In this document: positions 48,501 through 56,600 of the stretch, one piece after another
Layout: each line of letters starts with the position of its first letter
Position numbering within the stretch: the first letter of the stretch is position 1
Origin: Acidobacteriota bacterium
GTDB taxonomy: Bacteria > Acidobacteriota > UBA6911 > RPQK01 > JAJDTT01
Assembly (NCBI GenBank): GCA_965217775.1
Contig: CBDCJH010000002.1
Location: forward strand, 4,576,001-4,640,000
DNA: 64,000 nt
Reading direction: 5' to 3'
Made by a program: the position numbers and the translations under genes
Notes under the pieces: generated by a model
The model's database searches: none
Seen by the model: only the letters and a program-made list of their open reading frames with translations
Told to the model about the DNA's origin: nothing

Positions 48501-48786
48501 AGTCGAACGCGGTGCGTTGGACGAAGAAATTGCGCAAGCCTTTGAGCAGTCCTTCCACGTGCGCCATGCGTTCCCGTAGTTCGCCGATATGGGAGTCGAT
48601 CCGCCCTATGTGGTTGCGCATGTCCCGCATTTCCTGCCGGACTTCGTGGAACTCTTCCTGCGTTTCCTGCCGCATGTCCCGCATTTCGCGCCGGAGCCCT
48701 CGCAAACTGGCCAGCATCAGTCCGGCCAAGCTGACTCCCACCGCCAACACGGCTACCAAGACGTGGATCAGGTCAACATTCATCAT
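48499..48786 (-). CDS. Small N-terminal-TM coiled-coil protein (family 2, copy B)
   Basis: MNVDLIHVLVAVLAVG...GRIDSHIGELRERMAHVEGLLKGLR; fewer repeats than 43424. Confidence 0.75.
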   Translation of the reverse strand: MMNVDLIHVLVAVLAVGVSLAGLMLASLRGLRREMRDMRQETQEEFHEVRQEMRDMRNHIGRIDSHIGELRERMAHVEGLLKGLRNFFVQRTAFD

Positions 48787-48977
48787 CTGATCTCCGCTGA
48801 CACCCCGAGTGGGTCAGCTCCGGATCCCGGCGAATAGGAACAGCCTACCTTCTGCGATGAATCCAGTCTATACGAGGCATTCTTCCCTTGTCCGTCGACG
48901 ATTTCCAACACTCAATACCAACAACGCCGGCCGTGAAGAAAACGCGATCGATTCTTGAAAAACGTGTCCATCGAACT

Positions 48978-49084
48978 CGGGAGCGGCGATTTCCAATCGC
49001 CGACAGGGGCGGCGGTTTCCAGCCGCCGAACTCCCGAGTGACCATTTGGCGCCTAAGCTTGGGCGATTGGAAATCGCCCCTCCT
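48978..49084. repeat. REP cluster / REPIN-like element
   Basis: Three hairpins of the GGCGRTTTCCARYCGCC type. Confidence 0.85.
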
Positions 49085-49115
49085 ATTGGTTCCTCTCCGG
49101 TAGACTTGTCTATCC

Positions 49116-50069
49116 ATGCGAATCAGTGTCGTCATTCCGACCTACAACCGGTCCCGGGTTCTGGTGCGGACGTTGGAGGCGCTGCGCCGGCAGACGGTGC
49201 TTGAGGAGTCTGAGGCTGATTCGGGGGGAGGAGCTCCTTACGAGGTGATCGTGGTGGACGACGGGTCCACGGACGACACGGGCGAGCGGGTTCGGGGGAT
49301 CTCGGCGGGGTATCCGGTGCGGTTGGTCTACCTGCACCAGGAGAATCGCAAGCAGGGGGCGGCGCGGAACCTGGGAGTGAGGAGAGCCCGGGGGGAGTGG
49401 TTGGTTTTCCTGGGGGACGATACGGTTCCGGCGTCCGATTTTCTGGAGGAGCATCTGAGGGCCCGGGACGGGGTCGCGAGTGAGAAAGCGGAACGGGTGG
49501 TGGCGATCGGTTACACCCCCTGGGCCCGGGAGTATCCCCGGACCCGGTTCATGGAGTACGTGGGGGAGGAGGGATGGCAGTTCGGGTTCTCCTTGATCGA
49601 GGACAGGAACGACGTTCCCTTCAATTTCTTCTATACCAGCAACCTCTCCATCTCCCGGGACTTCTTCCGGGAGTCGGGAGGGTTCGACGAAGACTTCGGC
49701 GAGTACGGTTGGGAGGACATCGAGCTGGGATGGCGGCTCCACCGGATGGGGATGCGGCTGGTCTATCATCCCCGGGCGGTGGCCCACCATCACCACCCGA
49801 CCTCGGTGAGGGCCTTCGTCCGCCGGCAGCGGCGAGTCGGGGCATCGGCCTGGAATTTCTACGGCAAGCATCCCGAGATGGCGGCCTTCCTCAACGTCGA
49901 CCGCCTGGCCCGCTACCGGCTCCGGGACCGGCTCCGCATGGGATTCCTGACCTGGATCTGCGCCTGGACCGAGAAACGGCAATGGCCTGACCTCAGTTCC
50001 CTTTATCCGGATCTCATGAGCTACCACTACAATCTGGGGTTGCTTCAAGGCCGGCGGGAGGAACGGTAG
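49116..50069 (+). CDS. GT2 glycosyltransferase
   Basis: SVVIPTYNR, VVDDGSTD, FLGDD, GGFDEDFGEYGWEDIELG. Confidence 0.9.
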   Translation: MRISVVIPTYNRSRVLVRTLEALRRQTVLEESEADSGGGAPYEVIVVDDGSTDDTGERVRGISAGYPVRLVYLHQENRKQGAARNLGVRRARGEWLVFLGDDTVPASDFLEEHLRARDGVASEKAERVVAIGYTPWAREYPRTRFMEYVGEEGWQFGFSLIEDRNDVPFNFFYTSNLSISRDFFRESGGFDEDFGEYGWEDIELGWRLHRMGMRLVYHPRAVAHHHHPTSVRAFVRRQRRVGASAWNFYGKHPEMAAFLNVDRLARYRLRDRLRMGFLTWICAWTEKRQWPDLSSLYPDLMSYHYNLGLLQGRREER

Positions 50070-50071
50070 AC

Positions 50072-51142
50072 ATGCCGAGCGCCTACGATTCCAGGCTGAC
50101 GGTGATCATCCCCACCTGGAATCGGGCCCGGCTGTTGGAGCAATGCCTCTTGTCGCTGGCCAGGCAGCGGGTGACCTGTCCCGTCCTGGTGGTGGACAAC
50201 GGCTCCACCGACTCGACCCGCGAGATGCTGGAAGCCCGGTTCCCCGGGGTCGAGGCGCTGGCGCTGGAGGAGAACCAGGGATTCGCCCGGGCGGTGAATC
50301 GGGGCATTCTCCATTGCAGCTCCGAATACGTGGCGCTCTTGAACAACGACACCGAGGTGGACCCGGGTTGGACGGAGGCGGGAATGGCGGCGTTCGACCG
50401 GGATCCCTCCTACTGGTTCCTGGCCTCTCGAATGATGGACTTCCGCAGCCGGGACCGGATCGACAGCGCCGGCGACGGCTACGACCGGACGGGGATGCCC
50501 TTCAAGCGGGGCCGCGGCGATTCCTGCGAGCTCCACAGCCGCAGCCGGCCGGTTCTGGGCGCCAGCGCGGGCGCCGCCTTCTATCGCCGCGAGCTGTTCC
50601 GCCGCATCGGCCTCTTCGACGAGAACTACTACATGTACCTGGAGGACGTGGAGCTGAGCCTGAGAGCCCAGCTCACCGGTCATCCCTGCCTTTACGTTCC
50701 GGAGGCCGTCGTCTACCACATCGAGGCCGCGTCCGACCCCTCTCGGGAGGACCTGGTAGCAGACCTCCTGGCGCCGGAAGAGGAGGAGCACCGAAACGTC
50801 CGTCCGGTGAAGAAGGACACCGGGCTCGGGCCGGTCCAACCCGAGCCGGACCCGCCTCCGCTACCCGTCTGCTATTCGCCGGCCCGGGTCTACTGGATCA
50901 CCCGGAACCGGTGGCAGCTCATGGTGACCTATCAACCGGGCCGGAACCTGTTGCAGTTGGCCTATGGCTGGGCCCGCAGCACGGCATTCCACGCCGTCAA
51001 GGCCGGCCATCTCGGCTGGTTCCTGCGAGGACTCGCGGCGGGGATGGCGCGCACCCCCCAGGCCCTCGTCAAACGCTTTCGGATGCGCCGGAACCGGGTT
51101 CTCAGCGGACGGGAAATATGCCGACTGATGAACGGGTGCTAG
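50072..51142 (+). CDS. GT2 glycosyltransferase
   Basis: IIPTWN, VVDNGSTD, LLNNDT, GLFDENYYMYLEDVELSLR. Confidence 0.9.
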   Translation: MPSAYDSRLTVIIPTWNRARLLEQCLLSLARQRVTCPVLVVDNGSTDSTREMLEARFPGVEALALEENQGFARAVNRGILHCSSEYVALLNNDTEVDPGWTEAGMAAFDRDPSYWFLASRMMDFRSRDRIDSAGDGYDRTGMPFKRGRGDSCELHSRSRPVLGASAGAAFYRRELFRRIGLFDENYYMYLEDVELSLRAQLTGHPCLYVPEAVVYHIEAASDPSREDLVADLLAPEEEEHRNVRPVKKDTGLGPVQPEPDPPPLPVCYSPARVYWITRNRWQLMVTYQPGRNLLQLAYGWARSTAFHAVKAGHLGWFLRGLAAGMARTPQALVKRFRMRRNRVLSGREICRLMNGC

Positions 51143-52035
51143 CGCTGGTCGTCAACTGGAACGGCGACGACGTGCTCCCGGCGACGCTCGACGCGTTGCG
51201 TTCCACCGTACACCCCCGTCTCGAGATCGTCGTGGTGGACAATGCGTCCACCGACGGGTCCGCCGATACGGTGCGAAGTCCGGTGAACCTGGTGCCGCTG
51301 GTGGAGAATCTGGGTTACGGGGGCGCCCTCAACGCCGTGCTCCGGACGTTGAATCTTGGCGGCGAACTCGGCATGAGTATGATAGCCGACTATTTCCTCC
51401 TGCTGAACAACGACATCCTGGTGGAGCCGGAGACGGTCTCCCGGCTGTTGGAGCTGGCCCGGGAGAAGGGTCCGGGGATCTACGGACCCAAGGTCCTGTT
51501 GCAGGGAAGGCCGGGCCGGTTGGACGCCGCCTGGGGACGAATCACCTGGAGCCACGTCCTCTCTTCCTTCGCCGGTATAGGGGCGCGCGACGGACCGCGG
51601 TACGACCGGGTCCGCCGGGTTCAGTTGCTGCTGGGATGCGCGCTTCTGGTACACCCGCGGGTCTTCCGGGACGTGGGGTACTTCGACGAGGACTACTTCA
51701 TGTACCACGAGGAGGTGGATTTCCTCTTCCGGGCGGGGCGGCGGGGGTTTCCGGCGTACTACTGCCCGGCTGCGCGCGTCCATCACCGGCGGGCTCATTC
51801 GACCCGCGACGAACCATTGAAGCGGGTGTTCTGGGTTCGGCGGAACACGGTGCTCTTTATGAGGAAACATCGGGTCGGCGCGTGGGCGTGGGGCTGTTGG
51901 GGGAAAACCTTGGTGTTGAGCCTCGTCTGGAACGCCGTGTTGCTGCGGTGGCAGCGCTTGGCGACAATCTGGCGAGGCGTCGTCGCGGGGATGGGAGGGG
52001 CGATTTCCCAATCGCCCAGGAGGGGCGATTTCTAG
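51118..52035 (+). CDS. GT2 glycosyltransferase
   Basis: VVNWNG, VVDNASTDGS, LLNNDI, GYFDEDYFMYHEEVD; C-terminus and stop lie in a REP array. Confidence 0.88.
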   Translation: MPTDERVLALVVNWNGDDVLPATLDALRSTVHPRLEIVVVDNASTDGSADTVRSPVNLVPLVENLGYGGALNAVLRTLNLGGELGMSMIADYFLLLNNDILVEPETVSRLLELAREKGPGIYGPKVLLQGRPGRLDAAWGRITWSHVLSSFAGIGARDGPRYDRVRRVQLLLGCALLVHPRVFRDVGYFDEDYFMYHEEVDFLFRAGRRGFPAYYCPAARVHHRRAHSTRDEPLKRVFWVRRNTVLFMRKHRVGAWAWGCWGKTLVLSLVWNAVLLRWQRLATIWRGVVAGMGGAISQSPRRGDF

Positions 52036-52207
52036 TCGCCCAGGAGGGGCGATTTCTAGTCGCCCAGGAGGGGCGATTTCTAGTCGCCCCATGCTACCGC
52101 GGCCACTAACTCCTTGGCCGCTCACCGGTCGGGGTGTTGTTAATCCGGAGTTCGGCGGCAAGGATACCGCCGCTCCTGTTCGGCGGTTAGGAAACCGCCG
52201 CTCCTCC
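51995..52207. repeat. REP arrays, including a 24-bp unit CAGGAGGGGCGATTTCTAGTCGCC x3
   Basis: Tandem hairpins at 51995..52090 and 52146..52207. Confidence 0.85.
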
Positions 52208-52593
52208 TAGAGCGCCTTGTAGACGGCGCCGAAGATCCGGACGGCTTGAGCATCCATCCTGAACTCGATACTCGAAATACGAGAGTTGACTTGGGTGAAC
52301 TTGTCGTCGATTCGCGCGCCGAGTTCCGCACCTTGTGCTTCAATCTTCGCTTCGAGATCCGCTCCCTGATTATCGATCCTCGCAACGGCTACCCCTTGCG
52401 CATCCAATCGGGCAGCAATTTCCTTGGTTCGGGCATCGATCTTCGCACCGATGACGGAGACCACGTTCCGGCCGGCACGGTTGCGAACCTCATCGTCGGC
52501 GCGGTAAGCCAATTCCGGCTCCACACCAACGCTCCGCAGGGCTTTGAAGAGTGCTCCGGTCGATTCAGTCCGTGTGGAGGTCTCAGGTATCAT
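52207..52593 (-). CDS. Small coiled-coil hypothetical protein (DUF1640/CCDC90-like look), possibly C-terminally shortened
   Basis: LFKALRSVGVEPELAYRA followed by xIDAQ/xIEAQ repeats; stop abuts a REP. Confidence 0.6.
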   Translation of the reverse strand: MIPETSTRTESTGALFKALRSVGVEPELAYRADDEVRNRAGRNVVSVIGAKIDARTKEIAARLDAQGVAVARIDNQGADLEAKIEAQGAELGARIDDKFTQVNSRISSIEFRMDAQAVRIFGAVYKAL

Positions 52594-53398
52594 TTCCACT
52601 TTTTCCTCAAGTCTAGCACGAGCCGAACTCCAGTTGGTGGCCCCATCTTGGGTCCTCGCACCGCAACGCAACGGCGTTACCAGCGTTCCTTTTCACACGC
52701 AACATTCGGTCCAGACGCGCTGTTCCAATGGATTGGCGCTTTTGGCATCCGCGAGACCGTCGGATGTCCCGGCAACTGCGAGAAAACAATAGTTATGTGT
52801 TGTGACTTTCCAGTGACCCACTGGGACAGGCGACTTTTTTGTCGCCTGCTCCGGATTGAGGAAAAGGACGAAGAGGTGGCGGAGTTTCGAACTCCGGGCG
52901 GGAATTGTGGAGATCAAGGCCGACATCCCGTGGTTGGTGACACAGTCTCGGACAGGACCTTGGATTGGGAGCTGTAAGCCGCTCAAGCTGACCACTTAGG
53001 TCGATACTTGGAGTGAGCTCGTGGGCGATGGAAGGAGTCTTCGAGGATCTGCTGGAAACCGGCGACCTGGAACGATTTCTGAGAGGGCGAGGTTGGACAA
53101 CCCGGCCTGTCGACGCCCCGCGGGCTCGGTTTCGAAAGGTCAGGTTCGACGTTCCGTGTTTTCCACGGATGGTCGAACCAAGTGATCAGGCGCAAGCGAT
53201 TTCTGTCTGGAATCCGCGGACTGGGATAGTCATTTAAGAAAAGCCGGAAACCAGCCGAAATCTAGCGCAAGTCGATGTGCGACGGTTTTTCGGGTAGCCC
53301 TCGATCGATCATTTTCAGCTTCGGTGGGTGACTGCAGGGGGGATTTGTAGGCCCCGACTTGGCTGCTCCTCCGGTCCCGTCTCGGGATATTGTTGCTT

Positions 53399-53584
53399 TG
53401 GAGTTCGGCGGTTGGAAACCGTCGCTCCGCTCGGCGGCTAGAAACCGCCGCTCCTTTCGGCGGCTAGAAACCGCCGCTCCGCTCGGCGATTGGAAACCGT
53501 TGCTCCTCTCGGCGGCTAGAAACCGCCGCTCCTTTCGGCGGCTGGAAACCGTCGCTCCTCTCGGCGATTGGAAATTGCCGCTCC
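53399..53584. repeat. Array of about seven REP hairpins
   Basis: TCGGCGRYTRGAAACCGYYGCTCC units on a ~26-bp period. Confidence 0.9.
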
Positions 53585-53585
53585 G

Positions 53586-53625
53586 AAAAAAAAGGGGCAA
53601 CCGCTGATGCGGCTGCCCCTTTTTT
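53586..53625. terminator. Intrinsic (bidirectional) terminator of the giant surface-protein gene
   Basis: A-run GGGGCAACCGC-tgat-GCGGCTGCCCC T-run. Confidence 0.85.
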
Positions 53626-53646
53626 CGTTGGGTCCGCTGGGGACCG

Positions 53647-56600
53647 TTACTGGACCGGGACCACCGGGAGGGTGGTGAAGATCCGGTTGTTGAAATCCAT
53701 CTCCAGGGCAACACCGGTGAACATGGACCCCGCCGGCGCGGTGCAGTGGACCGAGCCTTCGAAGTCGTCCGTGTTGGCATTCGGGAAGAGCTCGTGGATG
53801 AACTCGGAGTTCTGACCGTTGCCAGGCAGCTCGATCGGGTTCTCGCCCATCGGGTTGCCGCCCTTCATCAACCTGCAGGTCACCGTCGTCATTTCCGCCA
53901 TAAGGTTGCGGATCGCGGCGCCGGTGTTGATGCCGTTCATCACGCGGCGGGCCGGGAAGATGGCGGCGTTGACGGCTTCGCTGGCTCCCACTCCGGCGAC
54001 CCCGAAGTTGGGGATGTCGAAGCGGAGGACTCCGCCGATGGGCCCGTCGGAGACGACTCGCACCGAGCCGATCATGCCGTCGCCCATGCCACTGGTGGAG
54101 ATCGTCATTTCACCCATGGGTGGGATCTCGTCCATGACCATCAAGGCCCCGTCGCTGTCGACCTCGACTCCGTCCATCATCGCGTCCACAACCATCGAGG
54201 CATCGATCATGTTGCCCATCTGGTCATAGAAGTAGATGGCCGGTGAGACAGCCGAGCTGGCCACGTTGACGAAGACCAGGTCGGAACTGGTTGCCGTTCC
54301 TGCGAAATCGCCGTTGGCGAAGTGCGCAAAGTTCAGCATCGACTCACCACTATCGGAGCCAGTGTTCAGCGGCACCACCGGGAGGGTCGTGAAGATCCCG
54401 TTCGGGGCATCCAATTCCAGTGCAACTCCGGCGAACATCCCGCCGTCGGCGGCCGTGCAGCGCACTGATCCCACGAAGGCGGTGGTATTGGAACCCGGGA
54501 ACATCTCGTCGATGAACTCGGAGCTATGGCCGTCTCCGGCCAGCCTGACCATCTCGGTATCCATCACATCGCCGCCCTGCATCAGCATGCAGGTCACCGT
54601 CATAGGCTCGGCGCTGAGATTGCGGATCGCCGCTCCGGTGTTGATTCCACCCTCCATCCGGCGAGCCGGGAAGATGGCGTCGTTGACAGGTTCGCTGGCA
54701 CCCACGCCGGCCACACCGACGAAGGGGATGTCGAAGCGCAGCACGCCGCCCAAGCGGCCGCTGCCGAATACTCTTACCGAGCCGATCACCAGGGCACCTT
54801 CGCCGTTGGTCGAAATTGTCATTTCGCCTCTGCCTGCGATCCCCATGGGAACGGCCAAGGAGCCGTCGCCGGCCATCTCCAGGCCACCCATCAGATCCAC
54901 CACCGAATCGGCGGGAATCATCTCGCCCATCTGGTTGTAGAAGTAGATGGCCGGGGTCACCGTGGAAGTCTCCACGTTCACCAACACGATGTCGGAGGTG
55001 ATGGTCACCCCAGTCGATTGGCCGTTGGCAAAGTGGGCGAAGTCGATGCCCTCCATGGGCGTCGCCTCAACCGAGGCGGAGGCGCCAGTACCGATGGCGT
55101 TCACCGCTCTCACCTCGATTTCATGGCCGATCCCGTTGGTCAGGCCCGTCATGGTGTAGCTGGTGGCACTCGCGCCGCCGGCCACGGCCATCCAGTTGCT
55201 CCACTGTCCACCGTTCATCCGGTAGCGCACCTGGTAGCTGGTAATCGCGGACCCGCCATTATCGGCCGGCATCCCCCACATTACCGTGATGGTCTCGCTT
55301 TCGACTCTCGCCGTCAGGCCCGTGGGCGCGGTGGGCGCCCGGCCCGGCGTCGCGCTGTCTTCGGCAGCCGCACCTTCGCCGATACTGTTCACAGCTCGGA
55401 CCTGGAATCCATATTCCCTGCCGTTGGTAAGGCCGGTGACCGTGAGGCTCGTGGCATTGGGGCCGCCACTGACGGTCGCCCAGGCGCCGTAGGATTCACC
55501 GACTGCGCCGTAACGGTACTCGTAACGGAGAATCTGCGAGCCGCCGTCAGCCGGCGCATTCCAGCTTAGTGCGACCTGTTCGTCACCGCCCGTTGCCGTC
55601 AGATTCGCAGGCGCACCCGGGACCGATTCGGCCAACGTCGCGCTGGTCGTGGAACCCTGGCCGCCACCGATGCTGTTCACCGCGCGCACCTCAAAGGTGT
55701 AGGAGATCCCGTTTTCCAGACCGGTCACCGTGTAACTGGTGGCGCTGGCGCCGCCGGGAATGGTCGTCCATGCAGTGAAACCGCTACCGCTCTCCTGAGA
55801 ACGGTATTCGTAGCGGGCGATGGCCGATCCACCGTCGCTCGCCGGTGCGCGCCATCTCAATGTAACCTGCTGGTTTCCGGCAGTAGCCGTCAGTCCACCA
55901 GGCGCACCCGGCGTGCCCTCTACAGGTATGGTCACGGTCACCGGCGAGGGCTCTACACCCGCGTAGTCCGCGCCGCTCACCGAATGCGTCAGTGTGACCG
56001 ATTGCACTTCCTCGCTGCCGGCCTCTTTATCCACCATCACCGTCACGGTCTGTTCCGAATTCCAGGTCGCCGTCGTGAAGGTCAACGGCGAACCGCTCAC
56101 CGTCACATCGTCTCTCGGGCTATTGACCCTAATCTGCACGGCATCCGTTGGTTCGGTATTGAGCCGGATACGGTAGGTTCCCGTCCCGCCCGCCCCGATG
56201 GTGAGCGATGTCGGAGCTACTGTCACACCAATCGTGTCGTTATCGCTGAGCGTCACCAGCACGGGCGTAACCGTCAGGGACTGCACCCCGTCCGTGTTCG
56301 GGTCTATGTCTTCGTATTCGTCGGCGCCGCTCACCTTGTGGGTCAGCGTCACTGGTACGTCTTGGACCGCGTCATCGTCCTCCGACACACTCACCGTCAC
56401 CGATTGCTCACGGTTCCAGTTGGTGGTCGAGAACGACACCCGCGACCTGCTCACCCTCACGTCGCCGGATGCGCCGGATATGTCCACATACACCGACGCC
56501 GTCGGCGCCTTGGTCAATACCATCGTGTAGGAATCGCTTCCGCCTTCCTTGATCGACAACGACGTCGGGTTCACGGCCACACCTGGCACGTCGGCATCCA

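Noticed and set aside
53399-53584. Possible CRISPR array of palindromic repeats
   Set aside because: Tandem REP hairpins with only 2-3 nt linkers; the same motif is dispersed across the window.
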